From assembly GCA_003251795.1 (NCBI GenBank), contig QKEI01000232.1, positions 1,533-65,532 on the forward strand: a stretch of DNA of 64,000 bases, given 5' to 3'. The notes beneath the pieces were generated by a model that saw nothing but the letters and a program-made list of their open reading frames with translations, ran no database searches and was not told where the DNA came from. The position numbers and the translations under genes were made by a program. This DNA comes from Candidatus Muproteobacteria bacterium (GTDB lineage Bacteria > Pseudomonadota > Gammaproteobacteria > Acidiferrobacterales > SPGG2). Positions 23,220-32,831 of the stretch are shown here, in pieces. Position 1 is the first letter of the stretch, and each line of letters starts with the position of its first letter.

Positions 23220-24139
23220 TGTCAACCCCGCCGCCGTCTGAAATCATTCTCGGCAGGCGCCAACTGTATATATTGCCGACGATCGGCGGCCTATTGTACG
23301 CCGCGGCACTGATGGTCCTGCTACTGGCGGCGGTGAACTACAGTAGTGCACTTGCTTATGTGCTCACGTTTCTGCTCTCCGCGCTCGCCATCGTGTCCAT
23401 GCTCTACACGCATCGTAACTTGCTGGGCTTGCAGGTGTCCTCGCGCCCCCCGCAGCCGGTGTTTGCCGGCGACCCTGCGAGCTTCCAAGTCTGTTTGAAA
23501 AACAATCAGCGCTCGCCTCGCCTGGCCGTCAACTTGGAGCACGCCAAGAGCGAGGTTGGCACAGCCGACCTGGCTCCCGGCGAACAGGCCTGTATTCGCT
23601 TCGAAGTACCGACACGCCGGCGTGGTTTCATCACCGTGCCACCGGTCGTCGTGTCTACGCGTTTTCCCTTGGGTCTGCTCTATGCTTGGTCGCGGCGCCT
23701 GCAGCTCGAGCAACGTTGCCTGGTATACCCGCAGCCCGCGGCCGGGGACCTATCGCCGTTCGCTGCCAACTCGCAGGGGTGGCGCGATCACGGGCGTAAT
23801 CCCGAGGGCGATGATTTCCTCGGTCTACGCGAGTTCCGCCGCGGCGACTCACCGCGACACGTAAGCTGGAAAGCGGCGGCTGGCGGCCGGGGTATCCTGA
23901 GCAAACAATTTGGCGGCGGCTACCGCTCGAGCGTATGGCTCGATTGGGAAAGCCTGATCGACATAGATAGCGAGCAACGCCTGCGACAGCTCTGCCGCTG
24001 GGTGTTGGACTGCGAGCGCGCCGGCATACTCTACGGCTTGCGGCTGCCAAACAAGACACTGGAACCTAGCACGGGTGAAGATCATCGTCACAGCTGCCTG
24101 GCAGCGCTAGCGTTGTTCCCGGCGGCGGCGCATCGATGA
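23219..24139 (+). CDS. DUF58 domain protein
   Basis: ATG at 23219 overlaps the moxR stop (TGATG). There are two N-terminal TM helices and the DUF58 signature GDDFLGLREFRRGDSPRHVSWKAAA. The longer track ORF from 22913 is an in-frame artefact inside moxR. Confidence 0.75.
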   Translation: MSTPPPSEIILGRRQLYILPTIGGLLYAAALMVLLLAAVNYSSALAYVLTFLLSALAIVSMLYTHRNLLGLQVSSRPPQPVFAGDPASFQVCLKNNQRSPRLAVNLEHAKSEVGTADLAPGEQACIRFEVPTRRRGFITVPPVVVSTRFPLGLLYAWSRRLQLEQRCLVYPQPAAGDLSPFAANSQGWRDHGRNPEGDDFLGLREFRRGDSPRHVSWKAAAGGRGILSKQFGGGYRSSVWLDWESLIDIDSEQRLRQLCRWVLDCERAGILYGLRLPNKTLEPSTGEDHRHSCLAALALFPAAAHR

Positions 24140-26169
24140 AACTCGAGCGGCTGGGACTGAATAGCCTGCTGCTTACTGCGCTGTTGGTCCTCGCGACGCG
24201 CGCGCCGAGCTTGCCGCTGTGGCTTACCTTGGCGTGCGCCGGCGCTCTGATGTGGCGCTTTGCGATCCACAGCTACGGCTGGCCGGCGCCACATCGGTTG
24301 CTGCGCTTAAGCCTAACCGTCATCGCTGTCGCCGCTACTGTGGCGCATTTTGGTACTGTGCTGGGCCGCGACGCCGGCAGCGCGCTGCTCGCTACGTTGC
24401 TGGCCTTGAAGCTACTGGAACTGCGTCGACCACGCGATGTGCTGGTAGCGGTGTTGCTGTGCTACCTGCTATTGCTAACCGGGTTCCTCTATGAGCAGTC
24501 ACTTTGGCTGGCGGCATACAGCGTGCTCGTCGTCTGGTTGAGCATCGTCACATTAATTCTGATTAACCAGCCTAACCTCAGAAGCGCACGTTACGGCCTG
24601 CGCCTGGCCACTGTACTGCTGGCGAAGGCGTTGCCGCTGGCGTTGGCGATGTTCTTATTGTTCCCCAGGGTGGAAGGTAATCTGTGGGGTCTGCCGACTG
24701 CCACCGGCAGCGCTATTACCGGTCTATCGGACGTGATGCAGCCCGGCAGCGTACACCGGCTCACCGTCTCAGACACGCCCGCTTTCCGTGTAGAGTTCGA
24801 GGGCGAGGCGCCGAAACCGGCCCAGCTCTACTGGCGAGCGTTGGTACTGTCGCAAACCGACGGTACGCGCTGGGTGCGCGGCGAATCACCGGCGCTAACG
24901 CCCGACTCAGCGACACAGTTTCCATACCACGGCCCGCCGCTCAAGTACCGCATTACGCTCGAGGCAAACGACAGGCCTTGGTTACCGGTACTCGATTTGC
25001 CGATCCTGGCACCGCCAAACTCGCGTCCACAGTGGGGCTATGTGTACGAATACCGCCAGCCCGTACGCGAACGTCTAAGTTACACGCTCGCGTCTTACTT
25101 GCGCTACCACACCGGTCCGCTCGCGAGCGCGGAAAAACGCCGGGCCCTGCAGCTACCGGACAAGCTTAGCCCACGCGTGCAGGCGCTCGCGCAGTTCTGG
25201 CGCGCCAACGCCAGCGACGACCTTGCTGTCGCCCAGGCGGCATTGGCCTATTTCCGACGAGAGCCCTTCTTTTATACGCTTCACCCGCCGGCGCTCGGCG
25301 CAGACCCGGTGGACGAATTCCTATTCTCCAGCCGTCGCGGATTCTGCGGTCACTTCGCCGCTTCGTTTGTTACGTTGATGCGCGCCGCCAGCGTGCCGAG
25401 TCGAGTGGTCCAGGGCTATCTCGGCGGCGAATACAACCCGGCCGGCAACTACTGGATCGTGCGGCAGTCGGACGCGCACGCCTGGGCCGAAATCTGGCTG
25501 CCGAAACACGGATGGCTGCGGGTCGATCCGACCGCGGCAGTCGCGCCGGAACGTGTTGAGCTCGGCATCGATGCCGTGCGCCAACTGGAGCTGAGCGGCG
25601 TGCGGCTCGGACGCCTGCCGGCGGAGGCGCTGCGCAAACTGATCGAGCTTGGCGTCGTGGCACAGTCCTGGCGCACGCTGCGACTGTACTGGGATGCAAC
25701 CAACCTCGCCTGGCACCGTTGGGTGCTAAGCTACGACCGCCAACGCCAGCAGTACCTGCTCAGTTCGTTGCATCTGCCCGCCTTGTCCTGGCGTGGGCTG
25801 TTACTCGTGTTGGTGCTAGCACTGCTCTGCGGCTTGTTGGCACTTGCTGCGTTTACGCGGCGCGCGCGACCTACTGACGCCGCGCACGCGCTTTATCGTC
25901 GTTACTGCAACAAGCTCGCGCGCGTGGGTCTTGCGCGGGCGCCGAACGAAGGTCCGCTCAGTTTCGCACGGCGTAGCGCTGCCGCTCGGCCCGACCTCAA
26001 AGCGGAAGTCGATGCTGTCACCGAGCTCTATATGGGCTTGCGCTATACCCGCGACTGCGGCATCGAGCATCTGCGCGCGCTGCGCCGTCGTGTCTGGCGA
26101 TTCCAGCCCGGGCGTACGTCCCCTCGCTCACTTGCCGATGCAAAAGCTGGAGAAGATGCGCGCCAGTAA
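24136..26169 (+). CDS. Transglutaminase-like membrane protein (TgpA-type: polytopic N-terminus + transglutaminase core)
   Basis: ATGA overlap with DUF58. Multiple N-terminal TM helices. Cys-His-Asp core: GFCGHFAASFVTLMRAA ... DAHAWAEIW ... RVDPT. Confidence 0.85.
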   Translation: MKLERLGLNSLLLTALLVLATRAPSLPLWLTLACAGALMWRFAIHSYGWPAPHRLLRLSLTVIAVAATVAHFGTVLGRDAGSALLATLLALKLLELRRPRDVLVAVLLCYLLLLTGFLYEQSLWLAAYSVLVVWLSIVTLILINQPNLRSARYGLRLATVLLAKALPLALAMFLLFPRVEGNLWGLPTATGSAITGLSDVMQPGSVHRLTVSDTPAFRVEFEGEAPKPAQLYWRALVLSQTDGTRWVRGESPALTPDSATQFPYHGPPLKYRITLEANDRPWLPVLDLPILAPPNSRPQWGYVYEYRQPVRERLSYTLASYLRYHTGPLASAEKRRALQLPDKLSPRVQALAQFWRANASDDLAVAQAALAYFRREPFFYTLHPPALGADPVDEFLFSSRRGFCGHFAASFVTLMRAASVPSRVVQGYLGGEYNPAGNYWIVRQSDAHAWAEIWLPKHGWLRVDPTAAVAPERVELGIDAVRQLELSGVRLGRLPAEALRKLIELGVVAQSWRTLRLYWDATNLAWHRWVLSYDRQRQQYLLSSLHLPALSWRGLLLVLVLALLCGLLALAAFTRRARPTDAAHALYRRYCNKLARVGLARAPNEGPLSFARRSAAARPDLKAEVDAVTELYMGLRYTRDCGIEHLRALRRRVWRFQPGRTSPRSLADAKAGEDARQ

Positions 26170-27531
26170 GTCTTCGTTGGTGAATTCACCGGTAATCTCT
26201 GCCAGCGCCCGCTGCGCCAGCCTGAGCTCCTCTGCCAGTAACTCCCCGGCGCGCGCCTGCAATCGTTGACGCCCCAGCAACAGATGCTCGCGCGCCAACA
26301 ATAGCGCCTGGAAGTGGCGCCGGCGCGCCATAAACGTGCCCTCGCCGGCCGGCCGGAAACCCATGCAAGCTTGCAGATGCTCTCGCAGCAATCCGATACC
26401 GGTCCCGGTCTTCGCCGACAGCGCGACTTCCGCAACCGGTGACACTTCGTTGTGGCTCGGTGCGCGTTCGCTAAGATCGATCTTGTTGCGTATCAGCGTA
26501 CAGGCCGATTGCGGTGGCAGCTGGCGTAACAACTCCTGCACCTCGGCATCGTTGGTGACGCTGTCATCGACCACGAGCAAAATGCGATCGGCGCGCTCCA
26601 TAGCTGCACGCGCACGGCGCATGCCTTCGCTTTCGATCTCATCACCGCCGTGGCGCAGACCGGCGGTATCGAGCACGTGCACCGGCATACCGTTGATATC
26701 GATGCGCTCGCGCACAACATCGCGCGTGGTGCCAGGGATAGCGCTGACAATGGCGGTGTCCTGGCGCGCCAAGGCGTTGAGCAGACTCGACTTGCCGGCG
26801 TTCGGTGGCCCCGCCAACACCACCGTCATACCGTCGTGCAGCAGGCACCCTTGTCGCACCGACGCCAGCAGGTCATCCAGCGCGGTGAGCAATGCGGCGA
26901 GCTCGCGTACCAGTCTGTCGTCGCTCAGAAAATCAACTTCTTCCTCGGGAAAGTCGATGGCTGCTTCTACATAAGTGCGCAACCCAACCACACTCTCCAC
27001 GAGCGCCCGTATCTGCTGCGAGAATTGGCCTTGCAACGAACGCAGTGCCGAGCGCGCCGCAGCCTCCGAGCTACACTCGATCAGATCCGCAACGGCTTCA
27101 GCCTGAGCCAAATCGATCTTGCCGTACAAGAACGCCCGCTCGGTAAACTCTCCCGGGCGTGCGATACGCGCGCCCAGCTCAAGCGCGCGTTTGAGCAACA
27201 TGTCCAGCACCACCGGTCCGCCGTGCCCATGTAGCTCGAGCACATCTTCCCCGGTGAATGACTGCGGCGCCGGGAAAAACAGCGCCACCCCCCGATCGAT
27301 CGGTTCGTTATCGGCACCACGGAAGGTGGCATAGCTCGCGTAACGCGGTGGCGGCAACTGCCCCAGCAAGGCGTTTGCGAGTACGCGCACTGCCGGCCCT
27401 GATACCCGCACGATACCGATGCCGCCGATCCCCGGCGGGGTCGCGACGGCAGCAATCGTGTCGCCTGCAGAAATGGCCGCGCGGGAAGCGGCTATTTCTC
27501 CCGCGCCGCGATCGTGCGGGTGATGTGCCAC
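26128..27531 (-). CDS. mnmE: tRNA modification GTPase MnmE (TrmE)
   Basis: 467 aa. DTIAAVATPPG N-terminus, G-domain GPPNAGKSSLLN / DTAG, and the canonical C-terminal FCIGK. Confidence 0.93.
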   Translation of the reverse strand: MAHHPHDRGAGEIAASRAAISAGDTIAAVATPPGIGGIGIVRVSGPAVRVLANALLGQLPPPRYASYATFRGADNEPIDRGVALFFPAPQSFTGEDVLELHGHGGPVVLDMLLKRALELGARIARPGEFTERAFLYGKIDLAQAEAVADLIECSSEAAARSALRSLQGQFSQQIRALVESVVGLRTYVEAAIDFPEEEVDFLSDDRLVRELAALLTALDDLLASVRQGCLLHDGMTVVLAGPPNAGKSSLLNALARQDTAIVSAIPGTTRDVVRERIDINGMPVHVLDTAGLRHGGDEIESEGMRRARAAMERADRILLVVDDSVTNDAEVQELLRQLPPQSACTLIRNKIDLSERAPSHNEVSPVAEVALSAKTGTGIGLLREHLQACMGFRPAGEGTFMARRRHFQALLLAREHLLLGRQRLQARAGELLAEELRLAQRALAEITGEFTNEDLLARIFSSFCIGK

Positions 27532-29186
27532 TGCTGGGCAATAGAAAGGACGTTATTCACCAACCAATAAAGCACCAGACCGGAGGGGAATGCCAGAAAG
27601 AAGATGGTGAACACAACCGGCAGCGCATGCATGAGCTTACGTTGCATCGGGTCGAGCTGAGCCGGCGCGAGCTGCTGCTGCACGAACATGCTGACACCCA
27701 TCAGGATCGGTAGCACGAAATACGGGTCTTTGATCGACAGGTCCTTGATCCAGAAAATGAAAGGGGCCTGGCGCAACTCAACACTCTCCAGCAATACCCA
27801 ATAGAGGGCGATGAAAACCGGTATTTGAATGGCGATCGGCAAACACCCGCCGAGCGGATTGATCTTCTCCTTCTTGTACATCTCCATCATTGCCTGGTTC
27901 ATGCGCTGGCGATCGTGCCCGAAACGCTCGCGCAAGCTCTGCATCTTTGGCTGCATGCGTTTCATATGTGCCATCGACTTGTAGCTTGCCGCCGACAGCG
28001 GGTAGAACGCGAGCTTGATCAGCAGGGTTAAAACGATGATCGACCAACCCCAATTCCCGACCCAGCGATGAATGAATTTCAACAACGAGAATAGCGGCCC
28101 CGAGATCACGGTCAGCCAGCCGTAGTCGACCGTGAGTTCCATGCCCTCCGCGAGCTTCGTCAGCCGGTCGTGCTCCTTCGGTCCGGCATATAGCGTCGCT
28201 CGCAGGTGTGCGCTTTGGCCCGGCGCGATGGTGGTTGGCGCTAGGTCTTTGATACCGAATGTATAGATATTGTCGCTCAAGGCATTCGAATAAAAACGGT
28301 CGCGCTGTTCCTTCCCCGGCATCCAGGCGCCGACAAAATAATGCTGTAGCATGGCTAGCCAGCCACCGGTGACGTCGCGCTCCAGCGGTTTCTCCCGCAT
28401 AGCTGAGAACTTAACCTTTTCGTACTTTTCTTCCGGCGTGTAAATGGCGCCGCCGGTATAGGTAGGAAGCGAAAACCAGCCATGACTAGGCTCGATGTAA
28501 TGCCTCCTGAACTGGCGATAGAGATAACCTTGCCATGGCGCGGACGTGGTGTTTTCGACGACGAAATCGATATCGATAAGATAGCGATTGCGATAAAAAG
28601 TGTAGAGTTTGGTGTATCGCACACCATCTGGTGCCTGCCAGTGCAGCGGTACTTTCAGCTCCGCCTGGCCTTCCGCCAGCGCATAGCGCTGCACATCGGC
28701 ACTGTAGACGGTCCTGTGCGTAGGGTAGTGTTGCCCGCTGCCGATGAGCCCGGACTGTGCTACGTAGACATCTCTGGCGGGATCATCGGTAAACAAGACA
28801 AAAGGCGTATTCGGCTGCTCGACCGAAACCGGATACTTGCGTAACTTTAGCTCCCGCAGATCGCCGCCCGCAGCATCGATGGTTACCTCGAACAGGTCGG
28901 TGCTAATCTGCAGGCGGGTGCCTGGTGTTAACGCCGTTTGTGGCTCACTTGGGGTTTGTGCAGCAGCGGCTGCTGGGCTTTCCTGTGGCGGTGCCGGTAC
29001 TGCCGGCACTTCTCCGCGCTGCGCTGCTTGCGGCGGCGGTGCTGGCTGCCCACTTTTCGCCGGTGCAGTAGGCGCACTCATGGGTTGCGGCGCTGCTGCT
29101 CGCTGCTGCTCATCCTGCCATGCTTGATAAATCATGAACAGGATCAGGCCAAGGGCAAGCACCAATAGGAAGCGTTGATTATCCAT
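27492..29186 (-). CDS. yidC: Membrane protein insertase YidC
   Basis: The canonical start [23 protein letters not shown] is at ATG 29186. There is a large periplasmic domain, and the C-terminal 5-TM core contains ...[17 protein letters not shown].... Confidence 0.93.
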   Translation of the reverse strand: MDNQRFLLVLALGLILFMIYQAWQDEQQRAAAPQPMSAPTAPAKSGQPAPPPQAAQRGEVPAVPAPPQESPAAAAAQTPSEPQTALTPGTRLQISTDLFEVTIDAAGGDLRELKLRKYPVSVEQPNTPFVLFTDDPARDVYVAQSGLIGSGQHYPTHRTVYSADVQRYALAEGQAELKVPLHWQAPDGVRYTKLYTFYRNRYLIDIDFVVENTTSAPWQGYLYRQFRRHYIEPSHGWFSLPTYTGGAIYTPEEKYEKVKFSAMREKPLERDVTGGWLAMLQHYFVGAWMPGKEQRDRFYSNALSDNIYTFGIKDLAPTTIAPGQSAHLRATLYAGPKEHDRLTKLAEGMELTVDYGWLTVISGPLFSLLKFIHRWVGNWGWSIIVLTLLIKLAFYPLSAASYKSMAHMKRMQPKMQSLRERFGHDRQRMNQAMMEMYKKEKINPLGGCLPIAIQIPVFIALYWVLLESVELRQAPFIFWIKDLSIKDPYFVLPILMGVSMFVQQQLAPAQLDPMQRKLMHALPVVFTIFFLAFPSGLVLYWLVNNVLSIAQQWHITRTIAAREK

Positions 29187-29427
29187 GCCCGGCCATGCCT
29201 TTCGCGCCATCACCCGTTCCCGGCACCGGGTCGTAGCCGCCATGGTGCCAAGGGTGACAGCGCAGCAACCGCCGTACAGCAAGCCACAACCCTTTCCCCG
29301 TTCCGTGATGGGCGATGGCTATCAGCGCGTACTCCGAGCACGATGGATAGAAACGGCAGTTGTCTCCGAGCAACGGGCTGATTGCGTAGCGGTACGCGCG
29401 CACCGCGCTGATCAGGATTCTTTGCAT
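29179..29427 (-). CDS. yidD: Membrane protein insertion efficiency factor YidD
   Basis: [23 protein letters not shown]...[13 protein letters not shown] signature. It lies between rnpA and yidC. Confidence 0.85.
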   Translation of the reverse strand: MQRILISAVRAYRYAISPLLGDNCRFYPSCSEYALIAIAHHGTGKGLWLAVRRLLRCHPWHHGGYDPVPGTGDGAKGMAGHG

Positions 29428-29786
29428 CGCCCTATGATACTTATCCAATGACGCTCAAGCGACGTGTGGATGGCTGGCGCCAGGGCTGCACTTGCGCCAC
29501 GTTGTGCCATCACCACGACGTCCATGCCACTGAGCTGTTGTTGATGGTGTCGGGCAGACTCGCGCACCAGCCGCTTCAGGCGGTTGCGCACAACAGCCTT
29601 TAGCGACACCTTGCGCGACACGACCAGGCCGAGGCGTAGATGCCCCAAACTGTTGGGTTTGCCATAAACCGTGAATATGGCATCGCGCGTGCGGCAATGA
29701 TGGTCGAGTACAGCACTGAAATTTGCGGGTCGCAGAAGACGGTAGCGCTTAGGCAGCCCGCGACGCGCGCGGGCGCAACTGGTCAA
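29412..29786 (-). CDS. rnpA: Ribonuclease P protein component
   Basis: 124 aa basic protein with the RNR-like motif [14 protein letters not shown], directly downstream of rpmH. The start (TTG 29786) is uncertain. Confidence 0.88.
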   Translation of the reverse strand: MTSCARARRGLPKRYRLLRPANFSAVLDHHCRTRDAIFTVYGKPNSLGHLRLGLVVSRKVSLKAVVRNRLKRLVRESARHHQQQLSGMDVVVMAQRGASAALAPAIHTSLERHWISIIGRCKES

Positions 29787-29790
29787 GGCT

Positions 29791-29925
29791 TTAGGCGCTC
29801 AGTCTTGCGCGGCCCTTGGCGCGTCGCGCGTTGATGACAGCTCTGCCACCGGCCGTGCGCATGCGTGCACGAAAACCATGGTTGCGCTTGCGTTTCAGCA
29901 CACTAGGTTGATAGGGCCTTTTCAC
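29791..29925 (-). CDS. rpmH: 50S ribosomal protein L34
   Basis: Not in the ORF track (44 aa). My manual translation from GTG 29925 gives [44 protein letters not shown], the L34 consensus. Confidence 0.9.
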   Translation of the reverse strand: MKRPYQPSVLKRKRNHGFRARMRTAGGRAVINARRAKGRARLSA

Positions 29926-30119
29926 TGGGCTGCGACGTCAAACATTGTTAGCTCGTGCTGAGCGGGCCGCAAAGTTACTTCCACAACGGGTCGCTTGTCA
30001 ACAACGCGTGCATGCAAATTGTTGTCGTGATTGATATACGCATGTGCTTGTGGAATGGCTCGTCATTTGAGGATAGACTCTGCGGCCCACCACCACTGCC
30101 GCATACCTAAAAAATAGCA

Positions 30120-31463
30120 ATGACACAACCACAAGTTTGGAAGAGTTGCTTAAATCGGCTCGAGCAGGAACTGTCTTCTCAGCAATTCAACACCTGGATC
30201 CGCCCGCTGCAGGCGATTAATGAAAACGGTGTGTTGCGTTTGCTCGCGCCTAACCGTTTCGTTATGGAGTGGGTACGCGATCGTTTCGTGGCGCGCATAG
30301 GCGAGCTCGCTACACAATATGACGCGAGCGAGGACCTGCGCGTCTCGGTGGAGGTTGGTGGGCAAGAAACGTCCGTGGTGGCCGCAACATCTGTAGTACG
30401 TAAGGACACTCCAGCTAGTTCGGCTGGTACGGCGTTACCGATGGTGGGCAGGCTCAACCCTGAGTTTACATTTGATGCGCACGTAGAAGGTAAATCGAAC
30501 CAGTTAGCGCGCGCCGCGGCGCGCCAGGTCGGTGAGAACCCCGGTTGCGCCTATAACCCGCTGTTCATTTACGGCGGCGTTGGCTTGGGCAAAACACATT
30601 TGATGCAGGCTGCTGGCAACCTGATGCTGCAACATAGCCCACGGGCAAACGTCGCATATGTACATTCCGAGCGTTTCGTCGCGGATATGGTGCGCGCGCT
30701 ACAACATAATGCGATTAACGAATTCAAGAAATTTTACCGCTCCTTGGACGCGCTGCTGATTGACGACATTCAATTCTTCGTCCGCAAAGAGCGGTCGCAA
30801 GAAGAATTCTTCCATACTTTCAATGCCTTACTAGAGGGGCAACGCCAAGTGATCATAACGGCGGATCGCTTCCCAAAAGACCTAGTGGGTGTCGCGGAAC
30901 GGTTAGTGTCCCGTTTCGGCTCGGGTCTCACTGTCGCGATCGAGCCACCCGAGCTCGAAACGCGCGTTGCGATCTTGATTAAGAAAGCAACCGCGGATGG
31001 TGTTCCGTTAGCCGAGGACGTAGCTTTCTTCATCGCCAAACAGGTACGCTCGAATGTGCGCGAACTCGAGGGGGCGCTCCGGCGAGTGATGGCCAATGCA
31101 TACTTTACCGGACGGGGTATAGACATTGGGCTCGCGAGTGAGAGCCTAAAAGACCTGTTAGCCTTTCAGGAGCGCCTAGTAACGGTCAATAACATCCAGA
31201 AGACTGTAGCGGAGTACTACAAGATTCGCGTGTCCGACCTCTACTCCAAGCGTCGCTCGCGACAAATCGCACGCCCGCGGCAAGTTGCTATGGCATTGGC
31301 TAAGGAACTCACCAACCACAGCCTACCAGAAATAGGTGATGCGTTTGGTGGACGTGATCACACCACTGTACTTCATGCTTGCCGGAAGATCAGTACACTC
31401 GTTGACACAGATGTGCGCATCAAAGAGGACTACGATAACCTCTTGAAGATTCTTACGGCGTAA
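30120..31463 (+). CDS. dnaA: Chromosomal replication initiator protein DnaA
   Basis: 447 aa. AAA+ Walker [11 protein letters not shown], sensor motifs, and C-terminal DNA-binding domain ...[11 protein letters not shown].... Confidence 0.98.
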   Translation: MTQPQVWKSCLNRLEQELSSQQFNTWIRPLQAINENGVLRLLAPNRFVMEWVRDRFVARIGELATQYDASEDLRVSVEVGGQETSVVAATSVVRKDTPASSAGTALPMVGRLNPEFTFDAHVEGKSNQLARAAARQVGENPGCAYNPLFIYGGVGLGKTHLMQAAGNLMLQHSPRANVAYVHSERFVADMVRALQHNAINEFKKFYRSLDALLIDDIQFFVRKERSQEEFFHTFNALLEGQRQVIITADRFPKDLVGVAERLVSRFGSGLTVAIEPPELETRVAILIKKATADGVPLAEDVAFFIAKQVRSNVRELEGALRRVMANAYFTGRGIDIGLASESLKDLLAFQERLVTVNNIQKTVAEYYKIRVSDLYSKRRSRQIARPRQVAMALAKELTNHSLPEIGDAFGGRDHTTVLHACRKISTLVDTDVRIKEDYDNLLKILTA

Positions 31464-31722
31464 ACACAGTAGATAAGGTGTGGATAAACGCTGCGCCCCC
31501 TGAGCAGTAGATCCTATACCCATCTCATCCCGCGCTACACACAGCTTTATGCACCGCTCGTGATGGCCACGGCAGGATACATTTAGCACACGGGAGTCAC
31601 GTTACTACAGGTTATTACAAGTACCCACAGGGCTTACTATTACAATAGGTTTTTTAATTCTAAAACCATTTATTGTTTTAGCGGTACAATAAGCACTAAC
31701 TACATCTCGGTAGACAGGGACA
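31464..31722. other. Candidate oriC / DnaA-binding region in the dnaA-dnaN spacer
   Basis: A 259-bp spacer with one perfect DnaA box and relaxed boxes TTTAGCACA (31582-31590) and GTACCCACA (31621-31629). It also has three contiguous 10-bp units (31601-31630) and an AT-rich tract at about 31645-31680. Confidence 0.45.
31479..31487 (-). promoter_or_regulatory. Perfect DnaA box (TGTGGATAA = TTATCCACA on the minus strand)
   Basis: Exact 9/9 match to the TTATCCACA consensus, 16 nt after the dnaA stop codon. Confidence 0.6.
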
Positions 31723-32823
31723 ATGCACATTCAAATCAGCCGGGAACAACTGTTGAAACCGCTTAATCACGTAGTGGCTGTAATTGAGCGCAGGCAAGCC
31801 TTGCCGATCCTGGCGAACGTAGCAGTCAGTGTGCATGATGGCGTCGTGCAGCTGACCGGAACGGACCTCGAGATAGAGTTGGTAGCGACTACAGCTATAG
31901 ACGCGAGCAGCACAGGGGCGATGACTCTACCTGGTCGGAAGCTGTATGACATTTGTCGGGCATTACCAGCTGAGGCGGTAGTGGAGATTCGGCAAGATCG
32001 CGACAAGGCGTACATAAAATCGGGTAAGAGTCGCTTCACACTAACGACACTGCCTGCAGGGGATTTCCCAAGCGTAGAGGGGGGAGAGTGGCAAACTAAA
32101 TTGGAGGTCCGTCAACAGGACCTAAAGCAAGTTATTGATAGAACACACTTTTGTATGGCACACCAGGATGTACGGTACTACCTGAACGGGCTACTGCTAG
32201 AACTGAGCGGAAAGCACCTACGGGCAGTCGCTACAGATGGCCATCGGATGGGTCTAAGTGAGGTAGAACTGATCGAGCCTATCGCGGCAGAGCGCCAAGT
32301 GATAGTGCCTCGCAAGGGGGTATTAGAGATTGCACGTTTTCTCACTACGTCTGAGGAGCCGGCCGTATTGAGTCTAAGTAGTAATCACATACGGATAAGT
32401 GTGCAGGATTTGACGCTGACCTCGAAGTTGATCGATGGGCGCTTTCCCGATTACCAGCAAGTGCTGCCTGTCAACTACAAACGTGTAGTGAGGGCACAGC
32501 GCACAGCGTTAAGAGAGTCACTGCTGCGAACAGCGATTCTCGCAAATGAAAAGTATCGCGGTGTCCGCTTAGCGCTACAACCTGGCACGTTGGTCATCAC
32601 AGCGCATAATCCGGAGCAAGAGGAGGCGCAGGAAGAGGTGCCGATCACCTATGATGGTGAGGAAGTTGAGGTAGGCTTTAACGTTAATTACATAATCGAG
32701 GCACTTGCCGGCCTGGACAGCGAGGAGGTCGAGCTGCACATCAATGATGCCCACAGCAGCTGTGCCATATTGGCGCCAGAACGCACGGATACCCGCTACG
32801 TTGTGATGCCTATGCGCCTGTAG
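31723..32823 (+). CDS. dnaN: DNA polymerase III beta sliding clamp
   Basis: 366 aa. MHIQISREQLLKPLNHV... N-terminus and ...YVVMPMRL C-terminus, typical of DnaN. Confidence 0.97.
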   Translation: MHIQISREQLLKPLNHVVAVIERRQALPILANVAVSVHDGVVQLTGTDLEIELVATTAIDASSTGAMTLPGRKLYDICRALPAEAVVEIRQDRDKAYIKSGKSRFTLTTLPAGDFPSVEGGEWQTKLEVRQQDLKQVIDRTHFCMAHQDVRYYLNGLLLELSGKHLRAVATDGHRMGLSEVELIEPIAAERQVIVPRKGVLEIARFLTTSEEPAVLSLSSNHIRISVQDLTLTSKLIDGRFPDYQQVLPVNYKRVVRAQRTALRESLLRTAILANEKYRGVRLALQPGTLVITAHNPEQEEAQEEVPITYDGEEVEVGFNVNYIIEALAGLDSEEVELHINDAHSSCAILAPERTDTRYVVMPMRL

Positions 32824-32831
32824 TCCCGGAA

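Noticed and set aside
29926-30119. The rpmH-dnaA spacer as a Pseudomonas-style oriC.
   Set aside because: It holds only two weak inverted TTCCACA-containing sites (about 29977-29985 and 30049-30057, 6/9 to consensus) and no AT-rich unwinding tract. It is more likely the autoregulated dnaA promoter. The dnaA-dnaN spacer is the better candidate.
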